DNA from: Octopus bimaculoides
Lineage: Eukaryota
Assembly: GCF_001194135.2 (NCBI RefSeq)
Contig: NC_069006.1
Location: 25,334,566 to 25,387,079 of the forward strand
Direction of reading: 5' to 3'
Length of the DNA stretch: 52,514 nucleotides
The notes under the pieces are model-generated. The model did not search any database. It was not told the origin of the DNA and worked only from the letters and a program-made list of their open reading frames with translations. Positions 23,098 to 35,960 of the stretch are shown here, piece after piece. Position 1 is the stretch's first letter. Each line of letters starts with the position of its first letter. Made by a program: the position numbers and the translations under genes.

Positions 23098-23455
23098 TGT
23101 GTGAGAAGACCCGGCAAGACAAGTGAGACCATAAAGCCATGGCCTTTACCAGGGGTGTAGCCAGCCCATTTATGCGTACCTTTCCTTCTTTGGACACAAA
23201 ACCCTGCTTGCGAAGTTGAGGCAAGTGAAATCGAAATTGAGCCAAATTCGATGACTGGCACCCGTGCCAGTGGAGCGCTAACAGCACCATCCAAGTAGGA
23301 TCACTGCCAGAGCAGCGGCCTCACTTCCGTGCCGGTGGCACGTAAAAAGCACCATTTGAGCGCGACCGTTTCCAGCTTCGCTTTATTGGCACTCGTGCCG
23401 GTGGCAGGTAAACAAAACACTGGACTGACTCCTGTGCAGGTGACATGTAAAAAAC
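23098..23455 (+). mobile_element. Retroposon family 3, 5'/middle part. (GAT)n-tailed 3' parts at 9945-10035 (-), 25575-25625, 28568-28753, 45903-46050 and 51215-51425 (+)
   Basis: Shared tgc(c/t)ggtggcacgtaaaaagcac module and gtccaacccatgccagcatgga..ttaaa(c/t)gatgatgat tail, similar to RTE-dependent SINE tails. Confidence 0.7.
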
Positions 23456-23752
23456 TGGTACTTATTCTATCAGTCTCTTTTGGCAAACCGCTAAGTTACT
23501 AGGAGACAAAGAAAACAAATGGATGTAATGGGAATGATCTGCTCAATCAAATGTTGCCTGGGGCTAAAAAAAAGACCCACCACAAGCACTATCTGACCTA
23601 GGGCTAAACAACAACAACAACAAGCCATTCTATAAATTGGGAAGTAACAGGATTAATGGAGCTGAAATAAGTGGGATTAAAGAAATAAAAAGATTAGCTA
23701 AATCCCTAAGCCAACAACAACTAGCAACACACACAGGTGTGCGTAACTGAGT

Positions 23753-23795
<43 letters not shown>

Positions 23796-23854
23796 TGTGT
23801 ATATGTATATGTGTATCTATGTGTGTGTGTGTGTGTATGTATCTATGTGTGCAC

Positions 23855-23959
<105 letters not shown>

Positions 23960-24056
23960 CAGAGGAAATGTTGACATAGGATGGTAAATAAATGGAATAT
24001 GGATCTGTCGAGTTCGAAGTCTCTATCTCTTTTAAATATACAAATTTAAAACCTTG

Positions 24057-24103
<47 letters not shown>

Positions 24104-24305
24104 TATGCAGTGTGTGTGTGAATGCTATGCTATCATACATAACATAGAGGAGTGGTGAGGTGAAAATGAGAGAAACAATACTTTCAGTGGTGGTGGTCAT
24201 AAGATTTAGTAAATGATTTATGACATAAATGTAGTGTTGTCGAGTATCCTGTTTGGATGTGTGTGGGTGTGTGGGTTTGAATTTGCAGGAGAGCATAAAT
24301 ATGTA

Positions 24306-24498
24306 CCTTTCACCTGTTTCTGTCATTGGGCTGTGGCCATGCTGGGGCAATGCCTTGAAAACATCTTAGTCTAAAGAATAGACCCCATTTTGTCAGTCTT
24401 TACATTAAGTGGCAAGGACATAAACACACCAACACCAGTTGCCAAGTAGTGGTTGGGGACAAACACAGACCAGAAGACACACATATGCACAGACATAC

Positions 24499-24543
<45 letters not shown>

Positions 24544-24702
24544 ACGGGCTTCTTTCAGTTTTCATCTCCCAAATCCACTCACAAGGCTTTTGTCAGCCCA
24601 AGGCCACAGTAAAAGACATTTGCCCGAGGTACCACACAGTAGGACTGAACCGTGGACCATGTGGTTGGGAAGCCAGCTTGTTACCACACGACTATGCCTG
24701 CG
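24306..24702 (-). mobile_element. SINE family 1 near-full-length copy
   Basis: Both halves present, with a central (TA)n(TG)n. Confidence 0.85.
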
Positions 24703-24944
24703 TCTATACATCTATACAGTTGCACTTATGCTTTCAGAATATCACTGTTCGGTTGGTCTCCATTATAACAACTTGTACACAACTCGATGCCAGCACAAAC
24801 TGACTGGGCTTGGCTCCACTTATGCGGATGGCCTTACAACGATTTCCAGTGGATGGTTGTCCTTGATTCAAGTAGAGAATCCTGGTACTGTGCACCACTT
24901 CGGAGCTTAAACACAAAACATATACATACATGTGTGTGTGTGTG

Positions 24945-25038
24945 TGGTTCCGGGTTCAGTCCTATTGCATGGCACCTTCAGCAAGTGTCTTCCAGAGCCT
25001 TGTGAGTGGATTTGGTAGACAGAAACTAAAAGAAGTTC

Positions 25039-25085
<47 letters not shown>

Positions 25086-25335
25086 CACACACACATAGAT
25101 ACTCCACTTAAATTTAAGTGCAGGAATGGCTGTGTAGTAAGTAGCTTGCTTACCAACAACATAGTTCCGGGTTCAGTCCCACTGTGTGGCACTTTGGGCA
25201 AGTCTTCTACTACAGCCTCAGGCCGACCAAAGCCTTGTGAGTAGATTTGGTAGATGGAGACTGAAAGAAGCCCCTTATATATATACATGTATGTGCGTGT
25301 CTGTGTTTGTCCCCACCATCATCGCTTTACACCGT
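24945..25335 (+). mobile_element. SINE family 1: partial head (24945-25035) plus a second copy (25117-25335)
   Basis: Repeated ggttcagtcc..ggcacct..gccttgtgagtggatttggtagac..aaagaag. Confidence 0.85.
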
Positions 25336-25871
25336 TCATGGCCAAAGGGGGCCTTTACCCCCTTTTACCATACTCGAAAGGATGGGTGGCAAAGTTGACC
25401 TTGGCAGAATTTGATCTCACAACATAAAAACTCAGAAGAAATACCACAAAGTAATTTTTCCTGGGCCTCCAACGATTCTGCCAACACAACCACACTCTGT
25501 CGTTCTGCTAATGGTGTTGGTTGGTGGGGGGGTGCTGACGATGATGATGGTGATGATTGTGGTGGCGGTGGTGGTGTCCAACCCATGCCAGCATGGATAG
25601 CAGAAGTTAAACGATGATGATGATAGTGATGATGATGGTGATATTGGTGGTAGTGGTGGTGGCGATAACAGATGATGATGATGATGATAGCTGTGGTAAT
25701 GGTAATGACAGCACAAAGATAACAGTGATGACAGTGGTGGTGGTGGTGGTGGTGGCAAAGGCATACAATGCTGGTGATGACTGTGTGATTCTGTAAATAA
25801 TTATTTTATTGTAGACAGTGCCAGTGATGGTTTCGATAACGATATTTATGGGAATGCCGACAGTGGTGGAG

Positions 25872-25919
<48 letters not shown>

Positions 25920-26358
25920 TGATGATGACAGCGATGAGAGGGGAGCAGCGATGGTGGTAGTGGTGGTGGTGGTGGAAGTAATTGGAAATTGATAAATGAT
26001 AGATTAAAGCCAAGATTTATCTGCGGATTAAAAGAAGTTTCAACATCATGTGGGTGTGTGTATGTATATACATATATGTGTGTGTGTAGGTCTGTGTATG
26101 AGCAAATGGAAGTATATAAAAAGAAAATAAATATTTATTTATATTTGTGTGCATGTGTATATACACACAAACACGCATATTCATTTACATATATTGGTAT
26201 ACATATATAGATATTATATACACACGTGTATATAAATATATATTATATATATAATATATATATATATCATTATATATATATATATTGGTCTAGAGAAAAT
26301 ACTCCCGGGGGTGGGGGGGTGAAGAGACGGTAGCTATTACTCACTTTAGTAGCCAGAC

Positions 26359-26500
26359 CAGTGGTTCTCAACCATTTTTCACCTATGGCTCCCTTTTCAT
26401 TCCTATTTTACTCTGCTGGACCCCTCATAGCCATTTGTTACTTTGAAAAAACCCCATTACATTTTTATGATTAAATATTATTGAGAATCTATATTTAAGA
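26359..26500 (+). mobile_element. hAT-like MITE end fragment
   Basis: Starts with CAGTGGTTCTCAACC. About 80 bp are homologous to the reverse complement of 9855-9930. Confidence 0.55.
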
Positions 26501-26504
26501 GATG

Positions 26505-26625
26505 AGGAATTATGTACATCATTTACATTGGACGGACAGGTGTCCCCCACCTTGTTTGTTACTACCACAACATTTCGACTGATGTACTCTCCAGCCTTCA
26601 TCAGGTGTTCTGGCAGAATTTTGAA
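26505..26625 (+). mobile_element. Possible Penelope-like element end fragment
   Basis: acaacatttcgactgatgtactctccagccttcatcaggtg resembles the acgtttcg...ccttcatcagg motif of PLE termini; recognition only. Confidence 0.3.
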
Positions 26626-27280
26626 ACCAACCCTTTATGGCTTCCAAAGAATAAGTCCTGGGGTCGATTTGCTCGACTAATGGCAGTGCTCCAGCATGAC
26701 CACAGTCAAATGACTGAAACAAGTAAAAGAGTAAAGATTTTAATTTAAATTACTTTAAAGCAATGAGTTTATGTCATATCATTGAAGCAAGGGTTAAACA
26801 TCAATCAGGGTACATCCACCCCCACCTCAAACAAGCACCCAGAAACCAAGAATGTCTAACTCACTTTAAGACACCAACATCAAACATAAATATCAGGAAC
26901 TGATGTCAATACAACTCAATCAATCAATCAATGTATCAATAATGACGAGGCAAATGGTTTTGCTTGTGTCAATAAACGGTTTAGCCACACTGTTTCAGTC
27001 TGCGTCAATTGATGCCAGAGTGGTGTTTGTGGTGGGGGTGGTGGATGGCCGGTGGTGCCGGTCGATCCAGTCAACCAGTAAACTTGGAGGAAATTGTAGC
27101 TGTTGTAGCTATAAAAAATCAACCATTACATGTTCCTCGTGTGCTCATAGCTCGGTGCTGTTCTGTGAATGTATACACAATTATATACACACACATATAC
27201 AGGTTGGACAGTATAAATACATATATATACATATATATATACATACACACACACTGGATGATAGATACTATATACATATA

Positions 27281-27715
27281 TTCTTTTACTTGTTTCAATC
27301 ATTTGACTGTGGCCATACTGGAGCACCGCCTTTAGTCAAGTAAACTGACCCCAGGACTTATTCTTTGTAAGCCTAGTACTTATTCTGTCGGTCTCTTTTG
27401 CTAAACCACTAAGTTATGGAGACATAAACACACCAGCATCGGTTGTGAAGCAATGTTGGGGGTGGTGGACAAACACAGACAAACATACACACACATATAT
27501 ATATATATATATATACGACGGGCAGTAGTGTGGGACACAGACACATATATCTATACACACATACAAAAAGCTTCTCACAGTTTCCATCTGCCGAATCCAC
27601 TCACAAGATTCTGGCTAGCCGGAAGCTATATTAGAAGACAATTGCTGAAGGTGTCATGCAGTAGGACTGAACCCAGAACCACGTAGTTGAGAAACATACT
27701 TCTTACCACACAGCC

Positions 27716-27718
<3 letters not shown>
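27281..27718 (-). mobile_element. SINE family 1 near-full-length copy
   Basis: ttcttttacttgtttc..gtggccatactggagcacc..gacaaacacagac, then microsatellite, then the reverse-complemented head. Confidence 0.85.
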
Positions 27719-27754
<36 letters not shown>

Positions 27755-28368
27755 CTCCTTGTGATAAAAAGTATTACAGTTATAAATGAGCAATCACTAT
27801 CAAGCAAGCAGTCTCATTTTTGTCCAATGTTCCATGGAAACATGTCTGCTGAAGCGAAATTACAACCATGCTTGGAAGCAAATGAAAGCAACAGACAGGG
27901 CACCAACTCACAGAATAGTCCATCTTCACAAATTCCAGCTGACCCACAAATGAAGGTGACATATATGACAATTAGTTCTCTTTTTTTCCGTCTGACACAA
28001 AATATATTTTTCAAGCTGTTTGTGTCTTGCTTCTCCTGCATCAATCAATCATATCTGATGGCTGAAGGAGACTACACACACACACCAGGATTAGCAGTAC
28101 TGCTCACAGTCATAAAAACCACAAAGGTCTCTAGACAGACAGCTGATGAGAGAGGATTTATTAGTTATTCCATTTCCTATGTGTTCCCATCCTTTGCACT
28201 CTAATGTCTTCCATTTTCTTGACACTAATGCTCACAATATTTTCTTTTATTTAAACATACACAAACACACTCACATAAGTTCTCAAGTTTGACAGTATAC
28301 ATATTCTTAGATGCACACACATATATACATGTGTGTATATATGTGTGTATGTGCATGTGTATATATAT

Positions 28369-28517
28369 CGTGGCTGTGTGGTAAGAAGCTTGCTTCCCAA
28401 CCACGTGATAGTAGGTTCAGTCCCACTGCATGGCACCAAGGGCAAGTGTCTTCTACTATAGCCTCAGGTCAACCAAAGCCTTGCGAGTGGATTTGGTAGA
28501 TGGAAACTGAAAGAAAC

Positions 28518-28555
<38 letters not shown>

Positions 28556-28985
28556 TGATTGGCCCCCATGCTGGTGGCACGTAGAAAGCACCTACTACAC
28601 TCTCGGAGTGGTTACTGTTAGGAAGGGCATCCAGCTGTAGAAATCTTACCAGATCAAATTGGAGCCCGGTGCAGCCTACTGGCTTACCATTTCTCAGTCA
28701 AACCGTCCAACCCATGCCAGCATGGAAAGCGGACATTAAACGACTACGATGATATATATATGGTATATGTGTGTGTCTGTATGTGTTCGTCCTTCCATTG
28801 CCACTTAACAACCGGTCTTGGTGTGTTTACATCCCCTTAACTTAGCTGTTTGGCAAAAGACACCGATAGAATAAGTACTAGGCTTAAAAAATAGTCCTGG
28901 GGTTGATTTGTTCGACGAAAATCCTCCAAGTCGGTGCTCCAGCATGGCTACAGTCAAATGACAAACAAGCAAAAGAATAAAAAAG
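28369..28985 (+). mobile_element. SINE family 1 full-length copy with a family 3 element inserted in its central microsatellite
   Basis: Head 28369-28522, insert 28568-28753, 3' half about 28790-28985 ending aaaagaataaaaaagg. Confidence 0.85.
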
Positions 28986-29000
28986 GTGTGTGAACATGTG

Positions 29001-29059
<59 letters not shown>

Positions 29060-29125
29060 NNNNNNNNNNNNNNNNNNNNNNNNNNNNNNNNNNNNNNNNN
29101 NNNNNNNNNNNNNNNNNNNNNNNNN

Positions 29126-29168
<43 letters not shown>

Positions 29169-29733
29169 TCAGAAGCATGTATAAAAATATCCTTACATGT
29201 ATATATACATATGCCAGTATCTGTGCATACATACATGTGTGTAGACACATTGCACATATATATATATACATTGCTCCAAGATAAATAATTGAAATCAATA
29301 AAGACAAATACAATCATATATACATCGCTAAGATCACTCTTCGTAACATGTCTCTACACAATCTACAGCCATATACACCTGTAGTACACATACACATATA
29401 TATACACACATACGTGTACCTAAGAACAAGTAAATGTTTGGAATAAAATTATATATGAGTGTGTGTGTGTGTTTTACTGTCTAGATTATAAGTCTTTATT
29501 ATGAGACTAAGATAGCACGTTTCTATGTTATCTATATACATACACCTGCACACACAAACTCATATATATATATATACACACATAGACACACGCACGTACG
29601 TGAGTATATGAGTGTGCGTGTATGTGTGATAAAATCATATATATAGTTTAGACTGAGATAATTGATGGACAAATATTTTAATCAACCTTTCAGCATTGTG
29701 GATGATTGTATACTGGCGCGTGCGCGCGCGCCC

Positions 29734-29769
<36 letters not shown>

Positions 29770-31177
29770 AAGAGAGATGTGAATGGGGAAACATGGCAAG
29801 GCTCAGTAGAAATCCCTGAAGTTAAAAGAGGGGCTAGAGTCACACGTGTGTGTCTATGTGTGTTTGCATGTATATAAACGCGCGTCCGTGTGTATATAAA
29901 CGTGTCTGTATGCATGTATATAAACGTGTGTGTATGTGTGAGATAAGAAGAGAGAGAGGGGGGTGAGAAACAATAGTAAAACACCTGAGTGTACGTGAGA
30001 GGAGTTAGGAGGAGGGTGTGGTGTGTGTGGTGAGAAAGACAGGTGGTAGAAAGTGGTGTATTTAGCAACATATATACACACACAAAGGAGACAAAAGATG
30101 GGAATGTGGGAATGGAGGGGGTGGGTAGATAATTGAGGCGAGAGAGAGAGGGGAAGGCAGGAAGGTATGCATACATGCACACACACACAGACGGACACGC
30201 TTTTTCATTCATATACTATAAAACCCTTCAATGGTATGCCCTAGCATGGCCGCTGTCTACTCATGACAAAGATATGAATAAATATATAGAGACAGACAGA
30301 CAGACAGACAGCGGTAGACAGTGAGCTAAACAGAGAAAGAGACAGAGAGAAAGAGAAACAGAGAGAGAATATGAGAGAGAGGGAGACAAAGATAGTGAGA
30401 GAGGAAGAAAGCGTCTATAGAAAAAAGAAAGATAGAACAAGAGAGGGAGAGGGAAAGAGAGATAGTTTAAACAACGAAAGAGAAAGAGAGAGGCAGAGAG
30501 ACAGATAGACAGAGAGTGAGACTGAGAAAGAGAGAGGCAGACAGACAGAGAGTGAGAGAGAGAGAAAGGCAGACAGACAGAGAGTGAGAGAGAGAAAGAG
30601 AAAGGCAAACAGACAGATAGAGAGAGAGAAATGAGGAAGCAGGCAGACGACAATTAGTTAAATCTCATTTCCATAGGGAAAAAAAATTATAATAGATAAA
30701 TAAATAAATATTCATTAAGAGAGAAGTGGCGGCGGCGGCGGCGACGGTAAAAGGTGTAATGATGGGGATGGGGGGGGGACCCAGAATGAACAGATTGAAT
30801 ATTACAGGAAACATGATATATATTATATATATCTAAGATATAAAGGCAATAAAAAGCATACACATAAACACACATATATAAAGATTTATACACACACACA
30901 CAAACTATTTATGTATACATAAACTATTTATAAATATGTGCACACATAACAAGAATAGTTCATATTATATATATATATATATATATGGAGTGTGTGTGTA
31001 TACACATATATACACACACATATATACAAACATACACACATATACACAAACACACCTACATACACACTTTTTTATACAAGGTAATCTGTCCAAGCATGTA
31101 TACATAGATAGCAAACAGTTTGTGAATGTATATTTACACAGAAAGCTGTTTATACATACACCAAAAATTGTTTAGAC

Positions 31178-31216
<39 letters not shown>

Positions 31217-32486
31217 TCACACAGTAAGCTGCTTAAACATCCATGAATTGTTTATACATGTATAAACAAATTATTTATACACAATGTTAACACACATATA
31301 TACTCAGTGTTTATATACATGTATATACATGCAGGCATATATAACACACACACACTCACATATACACATTGTTTATACATATGTATTAATACATACATAA
31401 GTTGTTTATACAAAAAACATAAACAGCATCATATACAATCTATACAGCATGTATATGTGTGTGTATATATTTATATACACACAAAGAGTGTGTCACTAAA
31501 CAAAAGGCAACAAAGATCATAGGGAAAAAAATGAAAAGCAAATTATGGCAGAGTTTGGGAAAAAGCGACAAAGTACTTTTAACAGGTTTTATGCCTCATC
31601 GATAGAGAAAGAGGAATGGTAGAGATGTGTGCGGTACTGGTGGTGGTGGCCATGGCTGTAGCGGCGGCGGTGATTGGAGATCGATAAACGTGTAAGTTGA
31701 TGAAATCGAAACTGTTCAATTAAAGGAGTGAAGGGCAAGGAGGAGGGAAGGAGAGAGAGAAACAAGTAGAGAGGGGAGAAAAGAAAAAGAGCAAAGAAAC
31801 CGGGAAGAGTTAATGATGAGAGGGAGAGGGGGAGATAATGATAGCAAGAGGAAGGGGGAGATGATAATGGTAGCCAGAGAGAGAGAGGGGGAGTGGGGAA
31901 AATTATAATGACAGAGAGAAGGGGAAAGAAGAGGAAAAGATAATGATAGAGAGAGGGGAAAGTGAGAGTATAAAGAGGATAATGATAGAGAGAGGAGGAA
32001 GGGGAGGTTAATGAAGGAAGCCATGTGCTTGATGCGAGAATTTACGTTCGAAATAAGAGAGCGGATGGTTTTGTTTAAGGGGTTAGGGGACGGAGAAAGG
32101 GAAGAAAAGTTGAAAAGGAGATAAAAACGACCTGGGGTGGTTGTTATTGGGAAAAGCTTTGGAGAGAGAGAGAGAGGCGGTCGACATAAACGGGAGGAAA
32201 GAGGGGGAGTAGAAGGCATGAGACAGAGAGGGGGGAATAAAAGAGTGTGTGTGTGTGTGTACAGATATATATGTGTGTGTGTTTGTGTGTATACATGTGA
32301 GGAGAGAGAGAGAGAGAAGGGAAGAACGTTTGTAAAAGGAAAGACCCCCCTAATGTAGAAGGAAGATGTAGGACGAGAAAAGACAAACAGCAAACAAAAT
32401 TAAGAAAACCGAAAGCAAAGCATATTAAAATTATATTACAGTTATATATAACGATCGAGAGAGAGAGAGAGAATCACACATATATG

Positions 32487-32531
<45 letters not shown>

Positions 32532-33141
32532 ATGTATGTATATATATACGGATGGATGGATGGATGGCTGTGTTTACTTCGATTGTCTGTAAACTAAGTC
32601 CAGCTTGATGGCTTTTAGAAACATTCTGTTAATCCATATCACTGTTGTTTTAAGTTGTGCTCTCTGTAATCTGCTAAGATTAGAGCAGCTCAGCGGTGGG
32701 GGGGAGAGAGACTCCAGAAAGAAATATATAGTACAATCCAAACACGCGCAGGCGTCGAGTACTATATACATATATCTATACATACATGTATATATAGAGA
32801 GAGAGATGAGTGTGTGTGTGTGTGTTTACGTATGTTCATGTGTGTGTATGTATGTGTTCGTGCATTGGCTGGCGTTTACACGCGCGAGGTGGTAGTAACA
32901 TACGCTGCTTGTGAAGTACTTCTCCGCGCACTGACTGTCTAACCGCCTCTGTGTATGTGTCTGTGTGTATATATATGTACGTGTGTATGCGTATGTGTAT
33001 GTTTTTATATAAATGTGTGTGTTTATGTGTATGTGTATTTATATGTATACAGATAGATATCTGGGTATGTGTATATATGTGTATATAATGGGAGTGAATT
33101 AATAGATGTTTATGTATGTGTTATGTGTGAGTATATATTAT

Positions 33142-33172
<31 letters not shown>

Positions 33173-34499
33173 AGGTGTGTAAAACAGGTATATGTAACAA
33201 TTTAAATGTATATAATGTGCATGTGTTTCCAGTGTGTGTACATATATGTGATCTACATGACTGCTTTGAGGTTTGTAATATATACATACATGTATGCATT
33301 AATGTCTATACATGTGTGATCTTAACAATAAAACAGCTTTATGAAACTAAGATGTTTATTTAAATATCACGTATCTCTCCTTTCTCTGTTCTTCCGATCA
33401 TAATTATTAATATTCTTATTATCCTTCCACTGCTGCTGCTGCTAATATATCATAAATATCATTAGGCTTTTTTATTACCATTATTACTCGCTTATTTACT
33501 ATTATTACTAACAACCGAACTAAAAACTCTTGTTATTATTTCATTCAGTCAATACTAATTCCACCACCAGCTATACACACATATATACACAATACTATAT
33601 ATATATTGTTGTATTTGTAGGAAGGCAATAAATTCAATTAAATTGATCTTGTATCACCAATTATACTTACTAGTTAAGACGGGTACAAACAATGTTTAAA
33701 ACCATTTCACTTTTAAGGCTTCACATGTTCCACTACGATTACGCATACTCTCTCTCTCTTTCCTTCTCCACTCTCTCTTTCTGTATTAATCTTTCTTTCG
33801 TTCTCTCTCTCTCTCTCACTCTGTATGTCTATCTGTCTTCCTGTCTGTCTCTCTCGCTTTCTTAATCTTTCTGTCTTTGTTATATATACACATTACATAC
33901 GAGATTCAAAGATAACCACTTTTTCTTTCACCTTTCAACAACAGGAAGAGACACATACACGATCGCACACACACACACACACACACGATCGCACATATAT
34001 ATATATATATATTTATGTGTTCCAGAGCAAATGAAAAAAAGCAAAACGAAACAAAAGCCGTTTAATTTACATATACATACCCACATTTTATATTCATACA
34101 CACATATATGAATAAACATATATTCACATACGTACACACACACACATACATACATACTCATAACTACATTCACATATAGATGTACACACATATATATTCA
34201 CATCAATACACATTCACATATAGATACATACATACATATATACATACTCTTATAAATACACACACACACAATATTATATATGCACATTCACACACACAGA
34301 TGAATAAGGAACCAGGAGCAAACAAAAAAAAGGGAAACCGAGTGGAAGCAAAAAAAAGGGACCCGCCAGTGCTTGCTCGATACAGAACCATAAATAAAAC
34401 ACGTTAGAACCAAACGATTTACAGGACAACATACATACACATATAGATATACAGATGTATACACACACATATATATATATCATAATATCGTATAATATA

Positions 34500-35960
34500 T
34501 CATATAGATATTATATTGTAGGGGTGAGACGGCGTGGTTTTGTTGTAAACGGGTAGCAAAAGATCAACAGTGAGAGGAGATGGTGGCACTTACTCAGATC
34601 ATAGCAACACAAAGCAACCAAGTTTGTCCAAAGTACACCTATTCAACTTTATATTGCCCGAAGGAGACACAAAAACACACAGGCTGACAGCCATTGTGAC
34701 AGAGGAAGGAATAATAAACAGCAGCAGCAGCTGATAGTGATAGTAGTGAGGATGGTGGTGGTGGTGGTGGTGGTGGTGGTATACTTAGCAGCAGGAGCTG
34801 GAGTAACGGTGCTGAATAAGGTGGTGGTGGTGGAAGGTAGTGTGATGGTGGCGGTGGTGGAGGAAGTTATTGAGATATGTACAGTGGTGGTGGAAGCGGT
34901 GGCGATGGTGACGATGGCGTCGATGTGTAATGATGGTGGTGTTGATGGTGGAAGTTGTTGTAATGGGTATGGTGGTGGCGGCGCCGCTGGTGGTGAGGTG
35001 TAATGATGGTGGCGGCAGCGGCAAATCATATGTAATGATGGCGGGGCTGGAGTAACGGTGCTGAATAATGTGGTAGTGGTGGTGGGAATAACTGTGTAGT
35101 GATGATGGTGGTAGTGGTGGTGGTGGTGGTGGCAATCACGTAATGAAGGTGTAGTGAGACGTGTGGTGGTGGTGGCGGCGGTTGTAATGATACGTATGGC
35201 GGTGACGATGGTGGCGGCGCTCATGATACAAGTGATGGTGGTGTTGGTGGTGGTAATGTCTATGGTTGTGAAGGTGGAGACGGCGTTTATTAGCAGTGGT
35301 GGCGGTAGAAGCGGCATTGAGAGTGGTGGTGGTGGCAGTGGGGACGGCAACGGTGGGGAAGCGTTGATTACTGGTGGTGGTGGTGGTGGCAGTGGTGGTG
35401 GTGGCAGTGGTGGTGGTAGATGGTTTCTTACCCGTGGCGGCGGTGGCGGTGTTCTTAATAATAGTGAGATGTTGGCGCCGGCGTTGAGTGGTCTTGCTGA
35501 TGGGCGGCGGAGATGGGGAGGGGAAAAAGGCAGTTCCCTACGTGATAGTGGTAGCGAAGGCGGAAGAGCGATGACAGTTGAGGTGGTGGTGGTGGAGCAG
35601 CGAAGACATCAGCAGCAGCAGAAGAAAAGCAAAGAGTGAGAAAGAGGAGGAGGAAGAGAAATAAGGAGAAAAATAGTAACAATAGAAATATGCATGATGG
35701 TGGTGGTGGTGATGACGTGAGAGAGAGAGAGAGAGACAGGCAGACAGAGAGAGATCGTGTTGCTGGTGTTAGATATGGTGATGACAACGATGAAATGATG
35801 AGAATAAAACTGTGCTGCTGCTGCTGTTGGAGATGATGATGATGATGATGGTAGTGTTGATGGCGTTGGACAGAGGCGGAAGCGAAGTAATATTGCTAAT
35901 GATTATTTTTGTGTTTCACTTTTTAAAAGCGGGGGAAGACGGCGATCGATATATACACAT
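34500..35960 (-). promoter_or_regulatory. CpG/GCC-rich region, candidate promoter and non-coding first exon of the minus-strand gene
   Basis: Visibly more CG dinucleotides and GGC/GCC runs than the background. Minus-strand donor matches: CGG|GTAAGA (exon end 35432) and TGA|GTAAGT (exon end 34594). Confidence 0.35.

Noticed and set aside
27719-28204. 161-aa plus ORF containing GLAVLL, faintly like hAT transposase DESTD..GLA.LL
   Set aside because: The catalytic DESTD context is absent, the ORF starts in a (TG)n tract, and a six-residue match is not significant.
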